64,000 nt of DNA from Steroidobacteraceae bacterium (GTDB lineage: Bacteria; Pseudomonadota; Gammaproteobacteria; Steroidobacterales; Steroidobacteraceae): positions 2,477 through 66,476 of the forward strand of contig DATAWM010000018.1 of the NCBI GenBank assembly GCA_036267195.1, in the 5' to 3' direction. Shown piece by piece: positions 37,403 through 47,847 of this stretch. A program made the translations under genes and the position numbers. Position 1 is the first letter of the stretch. Every line of letters begins with the position of its first letter. The notes below the pieces were generated by a model. The model had not been told where the DNA came from. It saw only the letters and a program-made list of their open reading frames with translations, and made no database searches.

Positions 37403-39478
37403 CTAGCCACCGGAGGTAGTCATCGGCTTACCATGGAGCTTGATGGAGCTTGCCGCGGAAGCGCCAGCGCCAGCGGCGCCGGTGGCATCGGCGCCGCCGC
37501 CGGTCTGCGCCGCGGGCTGAACCGGCGGTAACAGCGCCGCGAGCTGCGGCGGCTCGGCCTGACGCGTCCACACGTATGCCACGATGTGCTCGAGAATGTG
37601 CTCGACGTAGCCGCGGGTCTCGTTGTATGGGATGTTCTCGATCCAGATGTCCGCATCCATCGGATGGGGAGGCAGCCAGCGCGCGACCGGCGCGGTGCCG
37701 GCGTTGTAGGCGGCCAGCGCCAGCGCGAGCTGCCCGCCGTGGCCATCGAGCAATTCCCGCAGCCGCGCCGCTCCGAGCGGCACGGCTGCCGACGGATCGA
37801 ACAGTGCGTCCGGTGCGGGCGAGGGCAGATGCCAGCGCAGCGCGACCGCCGCGGCGGTGGGCGGCTGCAGCTGCATCAGCCCGCGCGCATCGGCGGACGA
37901 AACCGCGTCGGGTCGAAACAGACTCTCCTGGCGCATTACCGCGAGGATCCAGTCGGCCGGCAATCGCGTCAGCCTCGCGGCGGCGGCAATCGCTTCCCCG
38001 TAGGGGCGCGGGTAGCGCAGGCGCACATCGTCCCACTCATCGGCCTGCGCCAGGCTCTCGATCGATTGTGCGTACCAGCCCCATCGCGTTGCCAGATGCG
38101 CCGCCTGCACCCTGAGGGCGGCAGTAGCGCCGCGCAGCGCCGTGGCCCATTCCGCCACGGCGTCATCGTACAGACCGCAGGCGAACAGCTCGTGCGCGCG
38201 GATCAGGCCCGGCTCGGCGGCGAGCGCGCTCTGTGCCGCGGTGTCATCCAGGGTGGGCCGCGCGTTCAGATCATAGCCGCGCTGCAGGCGGTCGGCGGCG
38301 AGGTAGCCATAGTAATCGCGCAGGCCGGCAATCTCGGCGTACAGCGGCGCGGCGACCGTCGGCCCCTCGATCGCATCGATCGCGCGCGCGCGCCAGTAGC
38401 GCCAGCGCGGCTGCGCGCCGAGCGCGTCGGGCATCTGGTCGATCCAGTCGAGCGCCTGGCGGTAATCGCCGATCCACAGCGCGGCGCGCACACGCCACTG
38501 CTGCACCTGCGGGTCGAGCATCGGCGCCGGCAGGCCGACGAAGGCGGCGGTGGCCAGCGGATCGTGATCGTAGGCCAGGCCCAGTGCCGCGTCGCGCTGC
38601 AGCTGCATGTGCAGCGCGGGGGTCATGTCCGGGCGGGCGAGCAGCTGCGGCAGCAGCGCCGCGGCCGCGGCGGAGTCGCGCAGCGAGAGGCGTGCAAAGC
38701 CGGCCGCCAGCGCCTGCGGCTCCACCGCCATGGCCGGGTCGGCCGCCAGGGCGCTCAACGCTGCCCGCGGTGTTTGCAGCAGCTGCGCCCATTGCAGCAG
38801 CGGCGCGGCCTGCGCGGTCGCAACGCCGGAGAGATCCGCTTGCGCCAGCCGAGCATCGCCAGCCGCGAGCGCCGCGCGCACGCGGTCTTGTGCCAGCGCG
38901 CTCGTCAGCGCGCCACGCTGACGCAGCCAGTCGAACACGGTGTTGCAGGCGGGCGGCTGCTGCAGCGGCGCACTCCAGCGCTCCAGCACCGCGGCCGCGA
39001 GTCCCGCGGTGTCGCCGGTGGCGAGCCGGCCCGCCAGCCGCTCGCACACGAGCTGCGGATCGGAGACATGCAGCGCGCGCGGCAGGAACCAGTCCCAACG
39101 CTGCCGGTCTGCGAGGCTCGTTAGCCAGGCGTGCTGCAGATCGTGCGTGACCGGCTGCCCGGCATGTGTGCGCAGAAATGCATCGATCCGGGAGTCGAGC
39201 TGCGAGCTGGGCTGGCGCTGCAGATCCCGTTGCAGCCGCGCGGCCACGAGATACGCGTGCAGCGGATAGGCCTGCAGCGCGGCCGAGTCCGGCGGTTCCG
39301 GCAGCCGCAGACGGATGCGCTGCAGCGCGTCGATGAACGCCTGGCGTACTGCCGCCTGCTGCGCGAGCGCGGGGCGGGCGCCATGCGTGGCAGGCAGGCT
39401 GCGGCAGCCTGCGAAGGCGAGCAGGGCGAGCGTCAGCGCCAGCGCGGCCGCGCGGCGCGATCGGAAGCAGGTCGTCAT
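37403..39478 (-). CDS. slt: Lytic murein transglycosylase (Slt70-like)
   Basis: Lipoprotein-type signal LLAFAGC, a long superhelical N-terminal domain, and a catalytic region MRQESLFRPDAVSSADARGLMQL ... AAYNAG. Confidence 0.85.
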   Translation of the reverse strand: MTTCFRSRRAAALALTLALLAFAGCRSLPATHGARPALAQQAAVRQAFIDALQRIRLRLPEPPDSAALQAYPLHAYLVAARLQRDLQRQPSSQLDSRIDAFLRTHAGQPVTHDLQHAWLTSLADRQRWDWFLPRALHVSDPQLVCERLAGRLATGDTAGLAAAVLERWSAPLQQPPACNTVFDWLRQRGALTSALAQDRVRAALAAGDARLAQADLSGVATAQAAPLLQWAQLLQTPRAALSALAADPAMAVEPQALAAGFARLSLRDSAAAAALLPQLLARPDMTPALHMQLQRDAALGLAYDHDPLATAAFVGLPAPMLDPQVQQWRVRAALWIGDYRQALDWIDQMPDALGAQPRWRYWRARAIDAIEGPTVAAPLYAEIAGLRDYYGYLAADRLQRGYDLNARPTLDDTAAQSALAAEPGLIRAHELFACGLYDDAVAEWATALRGATAALRVQAAHLATRWGWYAQSIESLAQADEWDDVRLRYPRPYGEAIAAAARLTRLPADWILAVMRQESLFRPDAVSSADARGLMQLQPPTAAAVALRWHLPSPAPDALFDPSAAVPLGAARLRELLDGHGGQLALALAAYNAGTAPVARWLPPHPMDADIWIENIPYNETRGYVEHILEHIVAYVWTRQAEPPQLAALLPPVQPAAQTGGGADATGAAGAGASAASSIKLHGKPMTTSGG

Positions 39479-39621
39479 CGGCGCAGTTTAACCGTGGGCG
39501 CCAGCGGCCGCGCCCCGCGGTCCACTGCGCTCGCGGGCGGTATGCGGCAAGAACTTATGGACATGATGCGGCGGTGCAGACGATGCTCGGTCGCGGCCCG
39601 CCCCCACGACAGAGGTGAACC

Positions 39622-42003
39622 ATGCAGGGTAAGACGCTAACTCCCGAGCTGCTGCAGCGGATGGATGCCTATTGGCGTGCGGCCAACTACCTGTCGGTCG
39701 GGCAGATCTATCTGTACGACAACCCGCTGCTGCGTGAGCCACTCAAGCTCGAGCACGTCAAGCACATGCTGCTGGGCCACTGGGGTACGACCCCGGGGCA
39801 GAACTTCATCTACGCGCACCTGAACCGGGTCATCAAGCAGTTCGACCTGGACATGATCTATGTCTGTGGTCCCGGCCACGGCGGTCCGGCTGTCGTCGCG
39901 AATACCTATCTGGAAGGTACCTACAGCGAGATCTACCCCGACATCAGTCAGGATGAGGCGGGGCTGAGGAAGCTGTTCGTGCAGTTCTCCTTTCCCGGCG
40001 GCATTCCCAGCCATGCCTCGCCGGAGTGTCCGGGCTCGATCCACGAGGGCGGGGAGCTGGGCTACTCGCTCAGCCACGCGTTTGGCGCGGTGTTCGACAA
40101 CCCGCAGCTGATCGCGGCCTGCGTGGTCGGTGACGGGGAGGCGGAGACCGGGCCGCTGGCCACGGCCTGGCACTCCAATAAGTTTCTGAACGCGGCCAGC
40201 GACGGCGCGGTGCTGCCGATCCTGCACCTGAACAGCTACAAGATTGCCAACCCCACCATCCTGGCGCGCATCAGCCGCGAGGAGCTGCAGCAGCTGCTGC
40301 ACGGCTATGGCTGGACGCCGTACTTCGTCGAGGGGCATGAGCCTGCGCTGATGCACGAGGCCATGGCGGCGACCCTCGACACGGTGGTGCAGCAGATCCG
40401 CGACATTCAACGGCAAGCCCGCGCGCCGGCCGCGGCCGGCGCGCGCGCGCGACCGCGCTGGCCGATGATCGTGCTGGCGTCACCCAAGGGCTGGACCGGG
40501 CCGAAGGCGGTCGATGGGGTGCAGATCGAGGGCACCTTCCACTCGCATCAGGTGCCGCTGACCGATCCGGCGAGCAAGCCCGAGCACCTCGCGCTGCTGG
40601 AGCAGTGGATGCGCAGCTACCGCCCGCAGGAGTTGTTCGACGAGCGCGGGCGGCTGCGCGCCGAGTTGGCCGAGCTGGCCCCGGCCGGGCAGCGGCGCAT
40701 GGGCTCCAATCCGCATGCAAACGGCGGGCTGCTGCTGCGCGACCTGCACATGCCGCCGTTCCGCGACTACGCGCTCGAGGTCGCGAGCCCCGGCGTCCCC
40801 GGGATCGGCGACACGCACGTGCTCGGAGCGTTCCTGCGCGACGTGATGAAGCGCAACGGCGAGGCGCCGCGCAATTTCCGGCTGTTCGGGCCGGACGAGA
40901 CCCTCTCCAACGGGCTGGAGGCGGTGTTCGAGACCACCCGGCGACAGTGGGAGATCGCCAGCCAGCCGGGCGACGAGCTGCTCGCACCCGCCGGCGGGGT
41001 GATGGAGATGCTCAGCGAGCACCAGTGCGAAGGCTGGCTCGAGGGCTACCTGCTCACCGGGCGGCACGGACTGTTCAACTGCTACGAGGCCTTCATCCAC
41101 ATCGTGGACTCGATGTTCAACCAGCACGCCAAGTGGCTGAAGGTCAGCGCGCACCTGCCGTGGCGGCGCCCGATCGCTTCGCTGAACTACTTGCTGGCCT
41201 CGCATGTCTGGCGCCAGGATCACAACGGCTTCACCCACCAGGACCCCGGCTTCATCGACCACGTGGTGAACAAGAAGGCCGAGGTGGTGCGCGTCTACCT
41301 GCCGCCGGATGCCAACTGCCTGCTATCGGTGATGGACCACTGTCTGCGCAGCCGCCATTACGTGAACGTGGTGATCGCCGGCAAGCACCCGGCGCCGCAG
41401 TGGTTGACGATGGATGCGGCGGTCAAGCACTGCTCCAAGGGGATCGGCATCTGGCCATGGGCCAGCACCGACCAGCAGGGCAATCCCGACGTGGTGATGG
41501 CCTGCTGCGGCGATGTGCCCACGCTCGAGACGCTGGCCGCCGTCTCGATCCTGCGCGAGCACCTGCCGGCGCTCAAGATCCGGGTGGTCAACGTGGTCGA
41601 TCTGATGAAACTACAGCCGCAGTCCGAGCATCCGCATGGCCTCGCCGACGTCGACTTCGATGAGCTGTTCACCCGCGACCGGCCGGTGATCTTCGCGTTC
41701 CATGCCTATCCGTGGCTGATCCACCGCCTGACCTACCGCCGCACCAATCACGACAACATCCACGTGCGCGGCTACAAGGAGGAGGGCACGATCACCACGC
41801 CGTTCGACATGACGGTGCTGAACGATCTGGACCGCTTCCACCTGGTGATGGATGTCATCGATCGCGTGCCCCAGGCCGGCGGCTCGGGTGTCTACCTCAA
41901 GCAGCAGATGCAGGACAAGCTGATCGAGCACAAGCAGTACATCGATCTCAACGGCCAGGATCTGCCGGAAGTGCGCAACTGGCGCTGGAGCGCGCCGAAG
42001 TGA
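39622..42003 (+). CDS. xfp: Phosphoketolase (xylulose-5-P/fructose-6-P)
   Basis: [22 protein letters not shown] and GDGEAETGP signatures. 793 aa. Confidence 0.95.
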   Translation: MQGKTLTPELLQRMDAYWRAANYLSVGQIYLYDNPLLREPLKLEHVKHMLLGHWGTTPGQNFIYAHLNRVIKQFDLDMIYVCGPGHGGPAVVANTYLEGTYSEIYPDISQDEAGLRKLFVQFSFPGGIPSHASPECPGSIHEGGELGYSLSHAFGAVFDNPQLIAACVVGDGEAETGPLATAWHSNKFLNAASDGAVLPILHLNSYKIANPTILARISREELQQLLHGYGWTPYFVEGHEPALMHEAMAATLDTVVQQIRDIQRQARAPAAAGARARPRWPMIVLASPKGWTGPKAVDGVQIEGTFHSHQVPLTDPASKPEHLALLEQWMRSYRPQELFDERGRLRAELAELAPAGQRRMGSNPHANGGLLLRDLHMPPFRDYALEVASPGVPGIGDTHVLGAFLRDVMKRNGEAPRNFRLFGPDETLSNGLEAVFETTRRQWEIASQPGDELLAPAGGVMEMLSEHQCEGWLEGYLLTGRHGLFNCYEAFIHIVDSMFNQHAKWLKVSAHLPWRRPIASLNYLLASHVWRQDHNGFTHQDPGFIDHVVNKKAEVVRVYLPPDANCLLSVMDHCLRSRHYVNVVIAGKHPAPQWLTMDAAVKHCSKGIGIWPWASTDQQGNPDVVMACCGDVPTLETLAAVSILREHLPALKIRVVNVVDLMKLQPQSEHPHGLADVDFDELFTRDRPVIFAFHAYPWLIHRLTYRRTNHDNIHVRGYKEEGTITTPFDMTVLNDLDRFHLVMDVIDRVPQAGGSGVYLKQQMQDKLIEHKQYIDLNGQDLPEVRNWRWSAPK

Positions 42004-42039
42004 GCGCGCCGGCGACGGCGGCTCATCGAGCTCATCGCA

Positions 42040-42153
42040 TCAGGACATCACCGTGGTTCCGTTGATCAGGTTGTGTACGGCAACGGACCATCCCCACAGC
42101 AGCAAAGCGGTCGAAAGAATCACCACCAGCCAGTAGACAGCCTTACTCTTCAT
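42040..42153 (-). CDS. Possible 37-aa hydrophobic peptide (speculative)
   Basis: My own translation: MKSKAVYWLVVILSTALLLWGWSVAVHNLINGTTVMS. It is below the ORF-track size cutoff, has no convincing RBS, and has a single TM-like helix. Confidence 0.2.
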   Translation of the reverse strand: MKSKAVYWLVVILSTALLLWGWSVAVHNLINGTTVMS

Positions 42154-42467
42154 GTACGTAGTACCCAAGATGGACTCCCGTCGTGGTCATGCGCGTCAGG
42201 ATCGGATGACCGCCGGCCGAGGCTGGCGTACAGCGGCGGCTCGGCGGCGCGCTGTTGGTCATATCGGCCGCCGGCGCCGCATCGATACGATGCCACGGCA
42301 TCGGGGGGTCTTTCCGATCTGTACGGTCGATTATATCCTTAAAATGCCCGATCCACGTGGCCAGGCCCGCTTCGCCGCGACAGAGGTCCGACAATGATGA
42401 AATCCACGGTTGCGAGCTTGTACTACCGCGCGGTGGCGGGTGTGGTGAGATAGGGGCTGTGTCGCCG

Positions 42468-43337
42468 ATGGCGACCACCAGGACGATCCGCTACGAGTGT
42501 GCCGCTGTCTCCGACGCCATCGGCGTGAACGAGGCCGGCAGCGGCTCGTCCGTGGTGCTGCTGCCGGCATTGAGTTCCATCTCCACCCGCGCCGAAATGT
42601 ATCCGCTGCTGGAGAGGCTCGCGCCGCAGTTTCGGGTCAGTACCGTCGACTGGCCGGGCTTTGGCGATTTGGGGCACACGCGCGCTGATTGGTCGGCCTC
42701 GATCCTGTCCGAGTTCCTGAGCTGGTACCTGCGTGAGATCGCCCCCGCGCCTCATGCGGTGGTCGCGGCCGGACATGCGGCCACCTATGCTCTGTATGAG
42801 AGCGTGCATCGGCCCGGCACGATCAATCGTCTGGTGCTGATTGCCCCGACGTGGCGCGGACCCTTACCGACGATGATGGGCGGGCAGCGCGCCTGGTTCG
42901 GACGAGTGCGCGCCGCTGTGGATCGCCGGGACATCGGCCCGCTGCTTTACCGGATCAATGTCAGCCGGTTCGTGGTCACCATGATGGCGCGCGAGCACGT
43001 CTACGACGACCCGCGCTGGTTGAGCGATGAGCGTCTGGCTGCGAAGCTCGCCGTCACCCGCGCACCGGGCGCCCGGCACGCCTCGGTTCGCTTTGTCAGC
43101 GGCGCGCTCGACCGGGTCGACAGCCGGGCCGCTTTCCTCGACCTCGCCCGGCGCGCGAACGTCCCGATCCTGATGATCTATGGCGCCCATACCCCGCCGA
43201 AGTCGCGCCTGGAAATCGAGGCACTCGCGCAATTGCCGAACGTGCGCGCGACGCGGCTGCCGATGGCCAAGCTGGCGGTCCACGAGGAGTTTCCCGACGC
43301 CGTGGCGCGCGCCGTCATGCCGTTCCTGAGCGGCTGA
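42468..43337 (+). CDS. Alpha/beta fold hydrolase
   Basis: VVLLPALSSIS...VDWPGFG...AAGHAATYAL (nucleophile-elbow position)...LMIYGAHTP...HEEFP. Start at ATG 42468. Confidence 0.75.
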   Translation: MATTRTIRYECAAVSDAIGVNEAGSGSSVVLLPALSSISTRAEMYPLLERLAPQFRVSTVDWPGFGDLGHTRADWSASILSEFLSWYLREIAPAPHAVVAAGHAATYALYESVHRPGTINRLVLIAPTWRGPLPTMMGGQRAWFGRVRAAVDRRDIGPLLYRINVSRFVVTMMAREHVYDDPRWLSDERLAAKLAVTRAPGARHASVRFVSGALDRVDSRAAFLDLARRANVPILMIYGAHTPPKSRLEIEALAQLPNVRATRLPMAKLAVHEEFPDAVARAVMPFLSG

Positions 43338-43351
43338 TGGGCGACGGAACC

Positions 43352-46096
43352 TCAGCCGTTGGCCGCCGCGGCGATGCGCCGCAGCTCGGGAATGCACGAG
43401 CCGCACTGGGTGCCGGCCCGGGTGCGCTTGCCGAGCGCGGACACGTCGCGGCAGCCTTGCGCGACCGCCGCGTCGAGGGTGCGGCGGCCGACGCGAAAGC
43501 AGCTGCAGACGGTGTCGCCGACATCGGCGAGCGGATCGCGCGGCTGGCCGGACAGGAGGCTGGCGCGCTCGGCGGGGCCGAGGCGCGCCGACTCGAACAG
43601 CGTCGCGAGCCAACTGCGCGAGGGCAGCTGCGCGTGCGCGCAGATGAACACGCAGGCCTCGAGCCGCCCACCCTGCAGATGGGCGGCGCGGTACACGCCG
43701 GCGGCGGCATCCTCGTACTCGATCCAGTCGGCCGCCGCGTCTGCGCCGAGCAGCCGCCGGGTCCAGTCCGGCCAGCGGGCCGGGACCTGGCGGCCGGCCA
43801 GCTCGTAGCGCTCGAAGCCGCTGCCGCGCGTGTGTGCCCACCAGCTCGTGCCGGCCGTCGGCAGCGCGGTGCGTGTGAGCGCGAAGCCCTGCCAGCTGAC
43901 GACGAACGGCTCCACCCGCGCCGGGGTGTGCTTGAACTCGGGCTGGCCGCTCACCGGATCGACCGCGGGGCTCATCAGTGCGCCCACGCGCGCATCCGAG
44001 GCATTCGCATCGCTCCAGTGGATCGGCACGAAGATCGTGCCGCGCGCGATCTCGCCGCTGATGCGCAGGCGCGCCACCAGCCGCCCCCAGCGCGTGGCCA
44101 CGCGCACCAGCGAGCCCGCGCGCAGGCCGAAGGCCAGCGCATCGGCGCCGTGCAGATCGACGAACGGCTCGGGCAGGTGCTGCGCCAGGCGCGCTGAGCG
44201 GCCGGTGCGCGTCATCGTGTGCCACTGGTCGCGGATGCGGCCGGTGTTCAGCAGCAGCGGATACTCTTCGTCACGGCTATGTTTGGGCGTGCGCGGGCGC
44301 GTCGCCACCAGGCGTGCACGGCCGTCGGCGTGTGCGAAGCGGCCGTCGGCGAACAGGCGCGCCGTGCCTGGGCGGGCCGCGGCGTCCGCGTCCGTGGTGG
44401 TGGCAGTGGCAGTGGCAGCAGTGGTGGCGGCGGCCGGATCCGGGGCGGGCGCGGCGGGCGTGAGCACCGGCCATTGCACCGGCTCGAGCTGCTCGTAGCC
44501 GCGCGGGCCGAGCCGCGTCAGTCCTTCGAGATTGAACACTCGCCGCGCCGCGCGTCCCGGTGCGTTCTCGAGCGCACTGAGCGTGGCGTGCTCGGCGAAG
44601 ATCTCGGCGGGATTTTGAAAGCCGAAGCCGCGCTCGAAGCCCAGGCGTTGCGCCAGCTGGCAGATGATCCACCAGTCGGGCCGCGCCAGCCCCGGCAGCG
44701 GCAGGAAGGCGCGCTGGCGCGAAATGCGGCGCTCGGAGTTGCTGACGGTGCCGTCCTTCTCGCCCCAGGCTGCGGCCGGCAGCAGCACGTGCGCCAGCCG
44801 GGTAGTATCGGTCGGGTGCACGCAGTCCGAGACGATCACCAGCTCGCAGCGCTGCAGCGCCGCGCGTGCCCGATCGGCATTCGGCAGGCTCACGATGGGG
44901 TTGGTCGCCATGATCCACACGGCACGGACGCGTCCGCGATGGATGGCTTCGAACAGGTCGACGGCCTTCAGGCCCGGGCCGGCCGCAAGGTGCGGTGCGT
45001 CCCAGAATTGCCTCACCAGCTCGCGGTGCACGGGATCGTCGAGCTCCAGATGCGACGCCAGCGTGTTGGCGAGGCCGCCGACCTCGCGGCCGCCCATCGC
45101 ATTGGGCTGGCCGGTGAGCGACAGTGGCCCCATCCCGGGCCGCCCGATGCGGCCGGTGAGCAGGTGCGCGTTGATGATGGCGTTGACTTTGTCGGTGCCG
45201 GCGGAGGATTGGTTGACACCCTGCGAGAACGCGGTGACGACGCGCTCGGTGGCACCGAACCATTCGTAGAAACGTTGCAGCTGTGCGCGCTCCACGCCGC
45301 ACAGCGCGGCCGTGGCGCCGACGTCGCCCGCGGTGTTCTCGGCGGTGAGCAGCGCGCGCGCCGCGCCGCGCGTGTGCGCGCTGACGAAGGCCTCGTCGGT
45401 GTGTCCGTGCCGCGCGAGGTAGGCCAGCAGCCCGTTGAACAGCGTCACGTCGCTGCCGCTGCGCAGCGGCAGGTGCAGGTCGGCGAGGTCGCAGGTGGGT
45501 GTGCGGCGCGGATCCAGGACGACGATGCGCATCGCTGGCCGCCGCTCCTTGGCCTGCACGATGCGTCGGTACAGCACCGGATGGCACCAGGCGGTGTTGG
45601 AGCCGACCAGCACGACCAGGTCGGCCAGCTCCAGGTCCTCGTAGCACGGTGGCACCACGTCCTCGCCGAAGGCGCGCCGATGGCCGGCGACGGCCGAGGC
45701 CATGCACAGCCGCGAGTTGGTGTCGATGTTGGCCGAGCCGATGAAGCCCTTCATCAGCTTGTTGGCCACGTAGTAATCCTCGGTCAGCAGCTGACCGGAG
45801 ACATAGCAGGCGACCGACTCGGGGCCGTGCTCGGCGAGGATGCGCCGCAGGCCCGCGGCCGCAGCGCCCAGGGCCTCGTCCCAGCCCACGTCATGGCCGT
45901 GCAGACGGGGGGTCAGCAGCCGCCCATCGTGGCCGAGCGTCTCGGCGAGCGCCGCGCCCTTGGAGCACAGCGCGCCGCGGTTGGCCGGATGCGCCGGATC
46001 GCCACTGACGCGCACCTCGCCGGCGCGCCCGGTGCGCGCCAGCACGCCGCAACCCACCCCGCAGTAGGGGCAGGTGGTGCGCACGGCCGGCGTCAT
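43352..46096 (-). CDS. nasA: Assimilatory nitrate reductase catalytic subunit (molybdopterin) with a C-terminal BFD-like [2Fe-2S] extension
   Basis: N-terminal 4Fe-4S motif CPYCGVGCG, MopB core, and C-terminal CSCF...GTQCGSCIPE. The ATG overlaps the upstream stop (ATGA). Confidence 0.9.
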   Translation of the reverse strand: MTPAVRTTCPYCGVGCGVLARTGRAGEVRVSGDPAHPANRGALCSKGAALAETLGHDGRLLTPRLHGHDVGWDEALGAAAAGLRRILAEHGPESVACYVSGQLLTEDYYVANKLMKGFIGSANIDTNSRLCMASAVAGHRRAFGEDVVPPCYEDLELADLVVLVGSNTAWCHPVLYRRIVQAKERRPAMRIVVLDPRRTPTCDLADLHLPLRSGSDVTLFNGLLAYLARHGHTDEAFVSAHTRGAARALLTAENTAGDVGATAALCGVERAQLQRFYEWFGATERVVTAFSQGVNQSSAGTDKVNAIINAHLLTGRIGRPGMGPLSLTGQPNAMGGREVGGLANTLASHLELDDPVHRELVRQFWDAPHLAAGPGLKAVDLFEAIHRGRVRAVWIMATNPIVSLPNADRARAALQRCELVIVSDCVHPTDTTRLAHVLLPAAAWGEKDGTVSNSERRISRQRAFLPLPGLARPDWWIICQLAQRLGFERGFGFQNPAEIFAEHATLSALENAPGRAARRVFNLEGLTRLGPRGYEQLEPVQWPVLTPAAPAPDPAAATTAATATATTTDADAAARPGTARLFADGRFAHADGRARLVATRPRTPKHSRDEEYPLLLNTGRIRDQWHTMTRTGRSARLAQHLPEPFVDLHGADALAFGLRAGSLVRVATRWGRLVARLRISGEIARGTIFVPIHWSDANASDARVGALMSPAVDPVSGQPEFKHTPARVEPFVVSWQGFALTRTALPTAGTSWWAHTRGSGFERYELAGRQVPARWPDWTRRLLGADAAADWIEYEDAAAGVYRAAHLQGGRLEACVFICAHAQLPSRSWLATLFESARLGPAERASLLSGQPRDPLADVGDTVCSCFRVGRRTLDAAVAQGCRDVSALGKRTRAGTQCGSCIPELRRIAAAANG

Positions 46097-47847
46097 TGGA
46101 GCGCCGCGCTGCCCGCTGCGCCCGCGCTATCCGCGGCGGCGGCAGCGTCCTTGCCGCCGCTGCCGGCAGCGCCGCCGGCGGCGTGCGGGTCCAGCGGCGG
46201 CGCGCCGAACAGCAGCTGGTCGCGTAGCGCGCCGATGTCACGGCCCGCCTTGATCAGGTCGAAGTACCAGCTGCCGTCGCGTGTATCGCCGTAGAGCACG
46301 GCTCCGCGGATGCGGTTGTTTTCGATCATCAGCCGCTTGTAGACGCCGCGCCCGGGGTCGCGCAGCACCAGCGATTCCACCGGCGAGCCGCCGGTCGTGG
46401 ATGCACCGCTCGTGGCCTCGGTGCAATCGCCCGCCGAAAACACGTCGATGCCGCCGATCTTCAGCTGGCTCGACAGGGGCGAGGCGCGGTAGCGGCGGAT
46501 ACCGCGCTCGGCGAGGTGCGCCGCGCACACGCGGGCCTGATCCCACGGCGGTGTCACCAGACGGTGGGTGCTGTAACGGTGCTGGATGCACTCGCCGACC
46601 GCGTACACGGCCGGATCGAAGCTCAGCAACGTGTCGTCCACCAGGATGCCGCGGCTGCAACGCAGCCCCGCTGCCTGAGCGAGCGCGATATTGGGCCGCC
46701 CCCCTACGGCTACGACCACCAGGTCCGCCGGCAGCTCGGTGCCGTCGGCGAGCCTCACGGCGGTCACGCGCTGCTCACCGGCGAGGGCCGTGACGTCGGC
46801 CGGCATGCGCAACGCGATGCCGCGTGACTCGAGCTCTGCGCGCAGCAGCTGCGCGGCGGGGGCATCCAGCCGCCCGTTCAGCAGATGTGGGGCGGCATGC
46901 ACCACGGTTACCTGCATGCCCTGGCGCCGCAGCCCATCCGCCGCTTCCAGGCCGAGCAGGCCGCCGCCGATCACCACGGCACACCGGTGCGCGCGCGCGG
47001 CCTCGAGCATGCGCCCCGCGTCGCGCAGATCACAAAAGCTGACGACGCCGGGCAGGTTGGCACCCGGGACTGGCAGCTCGACCGGGAGTGAGCCGGTGGC
47101 GATCAGCAGCCGGTCGTACTGGATTTCGATGCCGCGGCTGGAGCGCACGCGGCGCCGCACCCGATCGATCTGCACGATCGGGTCGTCCTCGTGCAGCAAG
47201 ATGCCGCGCTGCGCGTACCATTCGGGCGGGTGCGTCACGATCTGCTCGAGGCGCGCATCGCCGGCCAGCAGGCCGGAGAGCTGCACGCGGTCGTAGCCGG
47301 CTTGCGGCTCGATGCCGAACACGGTGATCTCGTAGGCCTGCGGGGCCAGCGCGAGCAGCTCCTCGAGGGTGCGGGCCGCTGCCAGGCCGTTGCCGATCAC
47401 GACCAGGCGGCGCTTGGCGGCCGTACGCTGCGGTGCCAGCGGCTCACGGCGCACCCAGATCTGGCCGGCGTTGGTGCGCGCCAGGTAGGCCGGCACGGCC
47501 AGCTCCGGCTCCTCCAGACAGCGGCCGCTCACCAGGCTGAAGTGCTGCTTGTAGATCGGTGAGGCGACCACCGGCTCGCCGCCCAGGTCACCGACGATGC
47601 CGCGGGCCAGTACGTTGGCACCGCTGGCCGGATCACGGTTGCCGATCACGTACAGCGCGTCGCGGACCCGGAAAATCGCGATCTGCCGCCCATCGAGCAG
47701 CGCAGCCGCGCCGCAGTCCGGCACGATGTCGGCGAGGGCGCAGATGCGGTGCCATCGCGCCGTGGCCGCTGGCGCGGCGAACGCCGGTGCCGCGGTGGCC
47801 GGCGCGGCGGTCGCGGCCGCGTGTGCGGGCGCGTTGCTCGCGCTCAT
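46093..47847 (-). CDS. NirD (Rieske-like small subunit) domain fused to an FAD/NAD(P)H pyridine-nucleotide-disulfide oxidoreductase domain
   Basis: The N-terminal approx 120 aa is NirD-like (WHRICALADIVPDCGAAALLDGRQIAIFRV...SPIYKQHFSL.SGRC). It is followed by LVVIGNGLAAART...VIGGGLLGLEAA, matching the NirB/NasC-type reductase N-terminal half. 4-nt overlaps at both ends. Confidence 0.85.
   Translation of the reverse strand: MSASNAPAHAAATAAPATAAPAFAAPAATARWHRICALADIVPDCGAAALLDGRQIAIFRVRDALYVIGNRDPASGANVLARGIVGDLGGEPVVASPIYKQHFSLVSGRCLEEPELAVPAYLARTNAGQIWVRREPLAPQRTAAKRRLVVIGNGLAAARTLEELLALAPQAYEITVFGIEPQAGYDRVQLSGLLAGDARLEQIVTHPPEWYAQRGILLHEDDPIVQIDRVRRRVRSSRGIEIQYDRLLIATGSLPVELPVPGANLPGVVSFCDLRDAGRMLEAARAHRCAVVIGGGLLGLEAADGLRRQGMQVTVVHAAPHLLNGRLDAPAAQLLRAELESRGIALRMPADVTALAGEQRVTAVRLADGTELPADLVVVAVGGRPNIALAQAAGLRCSRGILVDDTLLSFDPAVYAVGECIQHRYSTHRLVTPPWDQARVCAAHLAERGIRRYRASPLSSQLKIGGIDVFSAGDCTEATSGASTTGGSPVESLVLRDPGRGVYKRLMIENNRIRGAVLYGDTRDGSWYFDLIKAGRDIGALRDQLLFGAPPLDPHAAGGAAGSGGKDAAAAADSAGAAGSAALQ

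Noticed and set aside
42143-42478. 111-aa minus-strand ORF in the gap after xfp.
   Set aside because: It has no motif or RBS. Its Pro/Ser/Arg-rich composition is odd, and it overlaps the start region of the plus-strand hydrolase.
44219-46294. 691-aa plus-strand ORF; similar ORFs lie at 43337..44197 and 47559..49211.
   Set aside because: They are antisense to nasA and nirB, whose cofactor-binding motifs are unambiguous.
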